A stretch of 64,000 bases of DNA from an uncultured Planctomycetales bacterium (GTDB lineage Bacteria; Omnitrophota; Gorgyraeia; Gygaellales; Profunditerraquicolaceae), in assembly GCA_964542785.1 (NCBI GenBank), contig CAZIUK010000001.1, positions 506,862-570,861 on the forward strand, written 5' to 3'. Within the stretch, counting starts at the first letter, position 1. Each line of letters starts with the position of its first letter. This document shows, piece by piece, positions 20,978-29,791 of this stretch. A program made the translations under genes and the position numbers. The notes beneath the pieces were generated by a model. That model was not told where the DNA came from. It saw only the letters and a list, made by a program, of their open reading frames with translations, and did not search any database.

Positions 20978-21125
20978 TAATAGATAAATAAGCATACTGG
21001 CTATTCGGTAATCCTTTGTTGGAGGACAAAGGAGCCATGCGTATCAACCGGATTTGACCAAGGTCAATTATGGGCAGTCCGGTTTTTTATTTTTTATTGC
21101 TTTTAAAAAAATATTTGCTAAAATT

Positions 21126-22523
21126 ATGCAGATAAAAAAGATGACAAAATTAAAAATATTTATTTTTACCGCTATAGCCATACTTATATTTTCTAATCAA
21201 GCATCGGCTATTTTTGATTTAAGCTACATCCTTACTGAAGGAGGGTTTAGGCTTGAATTTAACCAGAGGAATTTCTCTAGCGCCGTAACATTTACAGCTT
21301 ATAGCGATATCGCCAAGCGTTACGAGATACGCCAGCGTATTGATAGCCCATTAAGAAGCCGTGATAACCCTTCTATCGTTATCCGGGATAACTTTGTTGT
21401 AAGGGGGATAAGAGGCTCCAACAGATACGGGGACCTACGCATCCCTCCGACAGATACAACTGTACGTAATGACGAACTTATCTATGTCTCTACCCCAACA
21501 GGCAAGCAAGATTCATTTACCTTAGTTTACAGCATTATAAACCCCCAGACACTTACTCCCGGTTATTATACCGGCAGAATTGGCTTGATCTTAAAACCTA
21601 TTGATTCGGTTCAAGCACAAGTTACCAAAATTATAGATGTTTATGTTTCTATACATGATGACGGAACCTTGCCCTCTATAACCATAACCTCAGAAGAGAG
21701 TTTAAACACCCTTACTCTTAAGGCCAATAGTAATACTATGCGTAACACAGCTAATGCAATAGTCTCTATAGATGGTGGCTTTAGGGAGCCTTTTAAAATT
21801 ATGCAACTTGTTAACCTACCGATACAATCACAAGAGGGGAAAGTATTTGATTACAAAAATATCCTCTTTAATATTCTTGATGCAAAGGTAGGAGTAGGGA
21901 TAAACCAGCCGACCTTGTTTACTAATACCCCTCAAATAATTTATTCCTCTAAACCTGACGGTTCTTCTGATAAGGTATTTGCTGTAACATACTCTTTAGC
22001 AAACCCTTTTACAATCCCAGCAGGAAAATACCGTACACACATTCAGTATATACTTGAATCATCCGGAAAACAGGTAAATTTAGGAATGCTTAATCTTGAG
22101 ATAATTCAAGAGCGTATCTTTGAACTTTTAGTAACCCCTCAAGACCAACGCTATAGCATTGATTTTAATAATCTTAAACCCGGCGAAGGTCCGCATACAA
22201 ATGAAGTACTTATAGAGGTAAATACAAACACCAACAAAAGATACCAAGTCACGCAAGAGGTTATCTCTGACTTAACTACCTCTACAGGAGAAAAAATACC
22301 CTCAGAGAACTTCTTAATAAGAACCTTGCCAGTAAAAGAGACTAAGGGAAAAGTAAAGCTTACGGATAAATCACGGGTAGAAAAGGGAGGGAGACTTTTG
22401 TTCATCTCTGATAATAATGGGTCTTCTGATACCTTTAAGATAATCTATGAATTAAACTGCCCGTCAAATTTAAAGGCAGGCAATTATTCATCAAGGATAA
22501 CCTATACCTTAACTGAAATTTAA
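21126..22523 (+). CDS. secreted protein made of three tandem spore-coat-U/Csu-pilin-like domains (candidate tip or adhesin subunit)
   Basis: Signal peptide MTKLKIFIFTAIAILIFSNQASA; three internal repeats, each ending in a ..P(A)G.Y.(G/S).I.Y.L motif like the C-terminal strand of SCPU-type pilins; the ORF-track TTG start at 21054 sits inside a palindrome, so the ATG at 21126 is used. Confidence 0.45.
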   Translation: MQIKKMTKLKIFIFTAIAILIFSNQASAIFDLSYILTEGGFRLEFNQRNFSSAVTFTAYSDIAKRYEIRQRIDSPLRSRDNPSIVIRDNFVVRGIRGSNRYGDLRIPPTDTTVRNDELIYVSTPTGKQDSFTLVYSIINPQTLTPGYYTGRIGLILKPIDSVQAQVTKIIDVYVSIHDDGTLPSITITSEESLNTLTLKANSNTMRNTANAIVSIDGGFREPFKIMQLVNLPIQSQEGKVFDYKNILFNILDAKVGVGINQPTLFTNTPQIIYSSKPDGSSDKVFAVTYSLANPFTIPAGKYRTHIQYILESSGKQVNLGMLNLEIIQERIFELLVTPQDQRYSIDFNNLKPGEGPHTNEVLIEVNTNTNKRYQVTQEVISDLTTSTGEKIPSENFLIRTLPVKETKGKVKLTDKSRVEKGGRLLFISDNNGSSDTFKIIYELNCPSNLKAGNYSSRITYTLTEI

Positions 22524-22590
22524 AAAAGGAGTACAATGTGGATCTATTTAAAAAAATAAACAAAAATAAACCGGGAAAGGAGATGAAAAA

Positions 22591-23172
22591 ATGAAGAAGA
22601 TTGCTGTTTATATAACCGCCTTGATATTAACCGTATCTTTTGCCAATATTACATTAGCTGCAACAAGCCAATCAATTAACGTTAGTGCAACTGTACCTAC
22701 TACCACCAATGCAATGGCAGTCAATATAAGCAAAATTACAGGTTCTACCTGGATAACAGATACTGCCATTAATTTTGGCTCATTAGTTTTTGATGCTGAG
22801 AATAATATCTACATGCCTTCTGATGGAAGATATTATGCGGTAGATGTATACGTACAGGATAACACCGGACAAACTTGGACATTAACCCACACCCGTCAAT
22901 CGCTAAAAAGCGGAACTAACACCTTAGACAACAATGTTAACGTTACCTTTGCAAAACAAGGAAGTGAATCCGGAGTTGACCTATCTAAGGTAAGTTTTGC
23001 TAATAGTAATAACAAAGCTTACACAAAAACAGACTTAGGTACCGGAAACCACTTGCGCATATATTATGGCCTTGCAACAGGCTCAAAAGATGCCCCAGGA
23101 GCAAGCCCAATAGGCATAAATCAGCCTGCAGGAACATATACAGGGTCAGTAACTATAACCTTAACCCCATAA
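22591..23172 (+). CDS. spore-coat-U/Csu-type secreted pilin-like subunit (single domain)
   Basis: 193 aa; signal peptide; mature N-terminus SINVSATVPTT...INFGSLVFD and C-terminus PAGTYTGSVTITLTP follow the SCPU-domain pattern; RBS AAGGAG. Confidence 0.5.
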   Translation: MKKIAVYITALILTVSFANITLAATSQSINVSATVPTTTNAMAVNISKITGSTWITDTAINFGSLVFDAENNIYMPSDGRYYAVDVYVQDNTGQTWTLTHTRQSLKSGTNTLDNNVNVTFAKQGSESGVDLSKVSFANSNNKAYTKTDLGTGNHLRIYYGLATGSKDAPGASPIGINQPAGTYTGSVTITLTP

Positions 23173-23198
23173 ACAAGATAAAGAAGAAAGGGATAATT

Positions 23199-24074
23199 TT
23201 GTTTATCTTTCTACGCTTATCTTTATTTATTTGCATAATAGGAAGCTTTTTTGCTCCTTTGGCTACTGCAGAGAAGCTTCCTTTTATGAACCAGTCTAAG
23301 ATTAGGGTTATAGCCTCTCCCGAAGAGCGTGTCTTTGGCGAATTACTCCTGCAAAACCCTACGGATAAACCTAAAAATATTCGCCTCTACTTAGAAGACT
23401 GGCGCTATCTTCCGGATGCTACAGGCGCTAAAGAGTTTCTCCCTGCCTCTTCAACACCTCTTTCTGCTTGTCCTTGGATGGATTTTTCTCCTGGGGAAGT
23501 ACACATCCCTCCTTATGGTAAGCAAAGAATAAATTATTCTATATCTATCCCAAAGGAAGCCTCGGGAGCAAGATATGCCTCGCTATTCTTTGAAACATTA
23601 GTTACGGAAAAACTTTCTACCGATAAGATTGACTCCGCAGGTTTAGATATTACCGTAAGGGTAGCCACTCTTTTTTATGTGGAAGTAAAGGGCTCTGCGG
23701 AAAGAAAAGCTAAAATTGATAATTTAAAAATTGTAAAAGATAATAAAGATGCTTTAATTATTAGCCTTGATTTTGAAAATACTGGTAATACCGATATAAC
23801 TACCTCTGCAACCTTTAACCTTATGGATAAAAAAGGGAAAATATATGCCCGTGGGGCCTTCAATGAACTCTACACCTTCTTAGGGGGAAAGGGAATTCTG
23901 CAAGGAATATGGAAAGAGCAAATCCCCAAAGGTACTTACGACCTTGTAGTAACTATAGACCTTGGCAAAGCACTCATAGATGCAAAAATAGGTAGAGGCC
24001 CTGTGATTACTAAAGAGGCCCTGGTTACAATTGGAGAGAACAACCAAGTTGTGCAAATCGGCCAATTGCAGTAA
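23199..24074 (+). CDS. periplasmic protein, candidate pilus chaperone (assigned by gene order only)
   Basis: Signal peptide; about 260 aa mature and beta-rich; sits between the pilin-like and giant outer-membrane genes as in chaperone-usher loci; no ATG before residue 31, so the start is probably TTG. Confidence 0.3.
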   Translation: MFIFLRLSLFICIIGSFFAPLATAEKLPFMNQSKIRVIASPEERVFGELLLQNPTDKPKNIRLYLEDWRYLPDATGAKEFLPASSTPLSACPWMDFSPGEVHIPPYGKQRINYSISIPKEASGARYASLFFETLVTEKLSTDKIDSAGLDITVRVATLFYVEVKGSAERKAKIDNLKIVKDNKDALIISLDFENTGNTDITTSATFNLMDKKGKIYARGAFNELYTFLGGKGILQGIWKEQIPKGTYDLVVTIDLGKALIDAKIGRGPVITKEALVTIGENNQVVQIGQLQ

Positions 24075-26901
24075 TACTTCTTTAATTTTCCTACTTCTGT
24101 TTATCTGCCTAATAACTATCATTTTATCCCCAACCTATTTATTCGCCTATGGCCAAGTAGCTAAATTTATCTGCGAAAAAGGTATAGATTATTATAAGAA
24201 AGGAGAATTTACCAAAGCAGAGAGTGAATTTAAAAAAGCGCTTCTTGCCCAGCCTGATTATCCTCCTGCCATATATTATCTTCAGTTGATTGATGAAATA
24301 TTAGGTAACGCTAAAAAACCCTCTCATCCTACGCATAAGGCCCTAGCAATAGATAAAGGCTTAATAATAGATAGGGAAACGGCGATGGAAAAGTTTCTTT
24401 ATGATACTTATCCTGCTCCTATAATAAAAACTAAGCCTAAAACCTCTTTAGAGGCGCCACCTGAAACCCTAAAAAAAAATAACATAGCCATCCCAAAAAA
24501 ATCAAAAATAGACGAAAAAAAATCCGGATACTACTTTCTTGATGACCCCCGCTTCTTGCTTCAACAGCCGATACAAATAGAAGAGGGAAAGGATATCATC
24601 ATAAGAGGCAAAAATATCAGTCGTTTCCTTATTGTTCAGCCAGATATTTTACGTGCCGAAAAGTTAAACGACAATGACTTATCTGTTACGGCAAAGAATA
24701 TTGGCCTATCTTCGCTTATCATATGGGACGATAACGGGCGCAGAGTTATAGAATGCAGCGGTATTATGCCTATCCCGGAAGGGGTGATGGTAGAAGACCT
24801 TATGCGCAAAGAAAAGGAGAGGACAGAGAATTTTAAGCTTCGTTATAACTTAGATTGGTATTCCTATGAGTCCGGGCGAAGATTATCTTCTATTGAGCGC
24901 TCCGGAACTTACTCTTGGATACATAACTTACGCCTAAACGGCTTAAGCCCTTACGGGCTCCTTGATTCGGCAGTAACCTTACGCAAGCTTTCCACAACAA
25001 CAGACATGACCTATATTACAGCCGGGATAACAGACGGAAGGATAGGTAATTTTAAGGGTTTTAATCTAAGAGCAGGAGACTACAATTCTTATTTTAATAA
25101 TATGGCTATACCAAACGTTGATTTAAGAGGCGTATATTTTAATTCACCTGCTTTTGATAATAAACTTGATTATACTATATTTTGGGGCAGGGAAAATGGC
25201 GGAGGATACGGAATATTAGCTTATAACAATTTTGAGACCCTACATTCATTCTTAAGCGGATTTAACTTAAATTTTTCGCCCTTGCCTTGGCAAAGTTATA
25301 AAATTAGTGTAGCTTCCGGCTGGGGGCATGACCGGCAGGATTATCTTAAAAAATACGCTTATGACTTTATCGGAGATTGGAACTTTAAAAATTCTGCGTT
25401 TAGTTATGAAATAGCAAGCGACACAGAGAACCTTGCGCATCTATTGACCAGCCGTTATAGCAAGAATAACTTTAACGCCGACCTTCAACTTAGGGATGTG
25501 GATAAAGAATTTACCAGCATTACCGGTTCAGGCTGGCGGCAAGGAGAATTAGGCGCGCTATTTAATTTAAATTATATGCCCACAGAAAATCTTTCTATTA
25601 CCCAGCGCATAGATATTTACCGTGACCGGCTTTACCCTGCAGAAGGCAACCCCAAACGCTTCAATGAAGATTTAGATACTACGGTTACTTACCGTTTAGG
25701 GCCCCTTACTGCCGTTGAAGCAACATACACATTGCAAAATGATTTAGGCAAGATGTCTAAAACAAGATATCAATCTCCAGGAGTGGGGATAAATAAACTC
25801 TTTTTCTTTTTTGGCAGAGATATATCTACCTATATAAAATATTCGCATCAGGAGAGTAAAAACTATACTACTCCCAGCCTTAATTATACAAATGAAAAAA
25901 TATTCGGGGGAATCCGTTTTAAGCTTGCAGGAGCATTATATTACTTTCTTAATAAAGAGATAAATTGGCTTACTGAACGTTACTATGGAAATCACAACCG
26001 TCCGCATGTTACTGAAACCGGCTTAGATTGGTATGACCGTATAGGCGCATCTTCTTTCTGGGGCGCTCTGCGCTTTACCTACCGCGATGAAGAGAAAGCT
26101 AACTCTCCCTTGTCATTCCTATCAGGAGAAGATTATATAGAAGGCTACGGAGAACTTTCTTTTAAGCCTTACGACGGACAAGAACTCTTTGCCTCTTGCA
26201 GGGTAAGGAATATATGGAAAGAGAATAACTCTGCACAAAGCAGGATTGAGGCAACCTTTAACGCCGGGATGAGGCTTATGTGGGATACGGGGTTGCGTTG
26301 GGACGCTACCGCTAATATTCAAGGATATGTTTTTAAAGACTACAACTCTAATGGCTTAAGGGAGAAAGATGAGCCTCCTATATCAGGGGTAAAAATTTGG
26401 TTGGGGAAAAAAGAGTTTCAAATTACTGATGAATTCGGCTATTTTAAATTTCCTAAGGCGCGCGGAAAAAATGTTTACCTTACCCTTGATACAGCAACTT
26501 TACCTACAGGGTATATACTTACGGTCCCTGTAACCCAGGGGGTTCCGGTTGTTTCCGGGACTATCTCTAAGATCTATTTTGGCGCTACCTCACGTTCAGA
26601 GATCCGCGGTATAGTCTTTGAAGATACCAATGAAGATGGAGAATACTCCCCGGGAGAAGAAGGCATTGCAGAAATAGCTATAATCTTAGATAATGAGAAA
26701 AGAAGCGTTACTAACTCAGAAGGCAGATACATATATCCACAGGTTTCTTTAGGGGAACATGAGTTAACTGCTGATTTAAATACTATACCGGTTTATTATT
26801 TACCTTCGGTTGCCCTAAAGAAACAACTCTACCTTTATGAAGGAGATTCTTTTGTTTGGAATATACCCTTGCGTAGGATAGAAGAACAGGAGGGAGGTTA
26901 A
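24031..26901 (+). CDS. large outer-membrane protein, candidate atypical usher/secretin-like pore
   Basis: 956 aa; hydrophobic signal-like N-terminus; TPR-like segment; a region resembling the pilus-formation N domain of CpaC-type secretins (ISRFLIVQPDILRAEKLNDNDLSVTAKNIGLSSLIIWDDNGRRVIE); about 500 aa of Tyr/Gly/Trp-rich beta-barrel-like sequence; two C-terminal SdrD-B/Cna-B-like beta-sandwich repeats; no in-frame ATG in the first 118 codons. Confidence 0.4.
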   Translation: MERTTKLCKSANCSNTSLIFLLLFICLITIILSPTYLFAYGQVAKFICEKGIDYYKKGEFTKAESEFKKALLAQPDYPPAIYYLQLIDEILGNAKKPSHPTHKALAIDKGLIIDRETAMEKFLYDTYPAPIIKTKPKTSLEAPPETLKKNNIAIPKKSKIDEKKSGYYFLDDPRFLLQQPIQIEEGKDIIIRGKNISRFLIVQPDILRAEKLNDNDLSVTAKNIGLSSLIIWDDNGRRVIECSGIMPIPEGVMVEDLMRKEKERTENFKLRYNLDWYSYESGRRLSSIERSGTYSWIHNLRLNGLSPYGLLDSAVTLRKLSTTTDMTYITAGITDGRIGNFKGFNLRAGDYNSYFNNMAIPNVDLRGVYFNSPAFDNKLDYTIFWGRENGGGYGILAYNNFETLHSFLSGFNLNFSPLPWQSYKISVASGWGHDRQDYLKKYAYDFIGDWNFKNSAFSYEIASDTENLAHLLTSRYSKNNFNADLQLRDVDKEFTSITGSGWRQGELGALFNLNYMPTENLSITQRIDIYRDRLYPAEGNPKRFNEDLDTTVTYRLGPLTAVEATYTLQNDLGKMSKTRYQSPGVGINKLFFFFGRDISTYIKYSHQESKNYTTPSLNYTNEKIFGGIRFKLAGALYYFLNKEINWLTERYYGNHNRPHVTETGLDWYDRIGASSFWGALRFTYRDEEKANSPLSFLSGEDYIEGYGELSFKPYDGQELFASCRVRNIWKENNSAQSRIEATFNAGMRLMWDTGLRWDATANIQGYVFKDYNSNGLREKDEPPISGVKIWLGKKEFQITDEFGYFKFPKARGKNVYLTLDTATLPTGYILTVPVTQGVPVVSGTISKIYFGATSRSEIRGIVFEDTNEDGEYSPGEEGIAEIAIILDNEKRSVTNSEGRYIYPQVSLGEHELTADLNTIPVYYLPSVALKKQLYLYEGDSFVWNIPLRRIEEQEGG

Positions 26902-27194
26902 CGAGCATAAATAGTCTTTCTCTTAAAGGTGATCCTCCCTCCTGAATTCAGAGAAGATTCTTTTACCTCATCTTTTTTAATCATCTCTATTTTAAATGAA
27001 TTATCCAAATCCTTCTTCTCAATTTCTTTTGCCTGACTATCTTTAGTTAAATTATCCTGAGAAAGAAGAGGGGCATTAACCCCGGGTATAACCGGTATTA
27101 CGCAAGACATACCTATAGTTACGCTATCACCGGCCCATGCAAACGGCGCTACAAGAAGAAATATAATTAGTATAATAAATCCTTTTCTTCCCAT
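26898..27194 (-). CDS. small secreted hypothetical protein
   Basis: 98 aa with a signal peptide; GGAGGG Shine-Dalgarno 8 nt upstream; converges on the giant outer-membrane gene. Confidence 0.35.
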   Translation of the reverse strand: MGRKGFIILIIFLLVAPFAWAGDSVTIGMSCVIPVIPGVNAPLLSQDNLTKDSQAKEIEKKDLDNSFKIEMIKKDEVKESSLNSGGRITFKRKTIYAR

Positions 27195-27443
27195 CTTGTT
27201 AAGCCCTCCGCTTTTAACCGGGGCAACAAAAACCCCTAAAGGCTTCCTCTCTAGGGGTTATCTACTTTTTGGCAACGCAGCCCTCCAATTATATCGGAGC
27301 TGTCGCTTTGCGCCCCAGCATTACTGCTAGTTAGCCTTTTTCAAAAACTTAATCCTAATTATCAATAAAAGCATAACATATATTTATATCAATTTCAACC
27401 TCCTAAGAATTTTTTATCCTAAAGTCTTAAGTATTCTAAACTC

Positions 27444-27472
27444 TTGACAGGTAAAGGGTTTTATGCTATAAA
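27444..27472 (+). promoter_or_regulatory. sigma-70 consensus-like promoter (TTGACA, 17 nt spacer, TATAAA)
   Basis: Hexamers at 27444-27449 and 27467-27472; the TTG start in the ORF track is in fact the -35 hexamer. Confidence 0.5.
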
Positions 27473-27485
27473 ATTAAGAATTACG

Positions 27486-28046
27486 ATGGATAAAAAAGAA
27501 ATTTACGAACATCTGGCCAAGATTTATCTTGACGCTTCATCCAAGAAAAAAGAAAAGACCAAAAACCATTTAAGGCTTTATAATAATTTATTTATCATCG
27601 GTTTAGTCTTTTTGATTGGAACGGCCCTAACTCTATCCTATCTATCAAAAAATAAAAATCTTACATCTGAAACCGCACTATTTATCCTTAACGACCCGGC
27701 AAAGATAAACTTTAACTTTAACCCGGCAAAAAAAGAGTCCTTCACCATAAACCTAAATGGCTTAAGCTTAAGCCCCTTTAAAGCTTTAGCCTTTGCCGTA
27801 AAAAATACCGATAAAAACAGCAACGTTGCCTTACGGATTGAGCTTACCAATTCTTTTAAAGAAAAATCTGAGGTTTACCTAAAACAAATTCCGGCTAAAT
27901 GGGATGAATTTAAGATATCTTTCCTTGATTTTAAAAATATAAATGATTGGTCTAATATGCAAAGTATATCCTTTACGGTTGAAGAGTGGAACGCCCAAAA
28001 AAATAAAGGCATAGTTTATATAGATAACCTGCGTTTCTTAAAATGA
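27486..28046 (+). CDS. membrane-anchored protein with an extracytoplasmic beta-rich (possibly carbohydrate-binding-module-like) domain
   Basis: ATG at 27486; one TM helix (LFIIGLVFLIGTALTLSYL); C-terminal domain ends ...KGIVYIDNLRFLK, reminiscent of CBM/galactose-binding-like folds. Confidence 0.45.
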   Translation: MDKKEIYEHLAKIYLDASSKKKEKTKNHLRLYNNLFIIGLVFLIGTALTLSYLSKNKNLTSETALFILNDPAKINFNFNPAKKESFTINLNGLSLSPFKALAFAVKNTDKNSNVALRIELTNSFKEKSEVYLKQIPAKWDEFKISFLDFKNINDWSNMQSISFTVEEWNAQKNKGIVYIDNLRFLK

Positions 28047-28081
28047 CAGCTAAAAAAATAAAGGGGAGGCGTTAGAAAAAT

Positions 28082-29167
28082 ATGCGCATAATTTCTATTA
28101 CTAATCAAAAAGGCGGTTGCGGAAAGACAACCACGGCTGTTAACTTGGCAGCTTCACTATCTATAAACAATAAAAAAACTTTATTAATAGACCTCGATCC
28201 TCAGTCTCACGCAACCTTAGGTTTAAATATAAAATCATCCTTAAGTATTTATAACGTCCTTTCTAAAGTTTCACACCAAAAAGCAAAAATAGAAACTATT
28301 ATTCAAAACATAAGTCCTGACTTTGATATCGCCCCAAGCAACATAGTCCTAAGCACCTTAGAACAGGAGTTAGCCGGTGAGATAGGCAGGGAGTCGCGTT
28401 TAAACGAGGTATTAAAGGCTTTTAAGAATAATTACGATTATATTATTATTGACTGCCCTCCAAACTTAGGTATTTTAACCATAAATGCTATCCGTGCTTC
28501 TTCAGAGGTTATCATACCGGTTGAGGCAAGCAGGTTTTCTTTAGAAGGCTTAACTCAGCTTATCAGCATAATTGATTTAGTCCGCGACCGCTTAAGCCAC
28601 AGGGTAGATTTTAGAGTCTTAGTTACCAACTTCGACTCCCGTCTTGCGCATTCTTTTAAAATGCTTAAAAAAATCAAGGAGGACTTTAAAGAAAAGTTGT
28701 TTAGCAATATAATCCATGTTAATGTTAAGCTAAAAGAAGCGCAGAATCAAGGAAAGCACATTTTAAACTTTGATAAATACTGCCGCGGAGCAAAGGATTA
28801 TTTTAGCTTAGCAAGAGAGATAATTACTCAAGAAAAAATACCCACCCCAGCTTTAATCTTAGAAAAAAGAATGAAAGAGATTCTAAAAGAGCAACTACCG
28901 GGCTTAACAGAAATTGCCTTTTCGGTATTTGCCCCTGAAGCCCGTGATGTTTATCTGGTAGGCGAATTCAATAACTGGCAGATAAATGATTCCTCCCGAA
29001 TGACCCAAAATAACGGGACTTGGAGCAAAAAATTAAATCTAAATACCGGAAGATACCGTTATCGCTTTGTGGTAGATGGCAGCTGGATGGAAGATACCAA
29101 AAACCCAAATAAAGAGAACAATCCTTACGGATCTGTTGATTCCCTGCTTGAAGTTAAAACAAAATAA
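28082..29167 (+). CDS. ParA/MinD-family ATPase fused to a C-terminal AMPK-beta-type glycogen-binding domain (CBM48)
   Basis: Deviant Walker A NQKGGCGKTTTAVNLA and a ParA-like core of about 250 aa; the C-terminal 90 aa (VYLVGEFNNW...YRYRFVVDGSWMED...SLLEVK) matches the AMPK beta glycogen-binding domain motif VYLSGSFNNW...YKFFVDGQW. Confidence 0.8.
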   Translation: MRIISITNQKGGCGKTTTAVNLAASLSINNKKTLLIDLDPQSHATLGLNIKSSLSIYNVLSKVSHQKAKIETIIQNISPDFDIAPSNIVLSTLEQELAGEIGRESRLNEVLKAFKNNYDYIIIDCPPNLGILTINAIRASSEVIIPVEASRFSLEGLTQLISIIDLVRDRLSHRVDFRVLVTNFDSRLAHSFKMLKKIKEDFKEKLFSNIIHVNVKLKEAQNQGKHILNFDKYCRGAKDYFSLAREIITQEKIPTPALILEKRMKEILKEQLPGLTEIAFSVFAPEARDVYLVGEFNNWQINDSSRMTQNNGTWSKKLNLNTGRYRYRFVVDGSWMEDTKNPNKENNPYGSVDSLLEVKTK

Positions 29168-29197
29168 AATTTTTCCATAAAAAATGGGAGGCATATT

Positions 29198-29668
29198 ATG
29201 GCGTTAAAGAAAAGAAAGGTTAAGAACAAGAAAAAAATTATTAGAAAGCGCTTACTAAAAAAGAAAAATCCGGCAAAAAATAAGCAGGTAAAAAGAAAAC
29301 CTATAAAAAAAAGCAAAATATTAAAAAAGAAACCAGCTAAAAGACTTATAAAAAAGCGCCTTAAAAAACCCGCCAAAAAACCGGTTAAAAAATCGCCTAA
29401 AAAAACAATTTCCAGGAGGCTAGATGGAATAGAGGTAGGGACAATAACCCATTATTTCCCGCATGTCCAAGCTGCAGTCATTAAGCTTAAATGCCCGTTA
29501 TCTATAGGGGATAATATAAAGATTAAAGGCCATACAACAGACCTTACCCAAACCGTAGTTTCAATGCAGATTAATCGGGTTCCTGTAAATTCAGCTAAAT
29601 CAGGCCAAGAGATTGGCATTTTAGTCAAATCAAGGGTTAGGCATGGGGATTTAGTTACTAAATGTTAG
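29198..29668 (+). CDS. histone-H1-like lysine-rich protein with a C-terminal small beta-barrel domain
   Basis: N-terminal 70 aa are almost entirely K/R/P/A (KKRKVKNKKKIIRKRLLKKKNPAKNKQVKRKPIKK...); the C-terminal 85 aa resemble an EF-Tu-domain-2/TOBE-like barrel; GGGAGG RBS; lies 30 nt after the ParA-like gene. Confidence 0.6.
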   Translation: MALKKRKVKNKKKIIRKRLLKKKNPAKNKQVKRKPIKKSKILKKKPAKRLIKKRLKKPAKKPVKKSPKKTISRRLDGIEVGTITHYFPHVQAAVIKLKCPLSIGDNIKIKGHTTDLTQTVVSMQINRVPVNSAKSGQEIGILVKSRVRHGDLVTKC

Positions 29669-29791
29669 GATAAACAGCCTATCCTTTAAAAACTATTTAG
29701 GGGAAAGGCTCAAAAAATAAGGGATTTTTGAGTAGATACTCAAAATAAATAGGGCGTTAAAAATAAGTAAGTTTAGGTAAATTATACTAGC

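Noticed and set aside
20980-21125. c-di-GMP (GEMM) riboswitch identity for the pilus-locus leader
   Set aside because: I could not recognise the GEMM-I or GEMM-II conserved loops by eye. It is kept only as a generic structured leader, pending cmsearch.
27444-27485. ORF-track TTG start codons at 27444, 21054 and 15257
   Set aside because: At 27444 the TTG is the first triplet of a consensus -35 hexamer (TTGACA-17-TATAAA). At 21054 it is part of a perfect palindrome in a leader. Each has a downstream ATG with a sensible N-terminus (27486, 21126, 15281).
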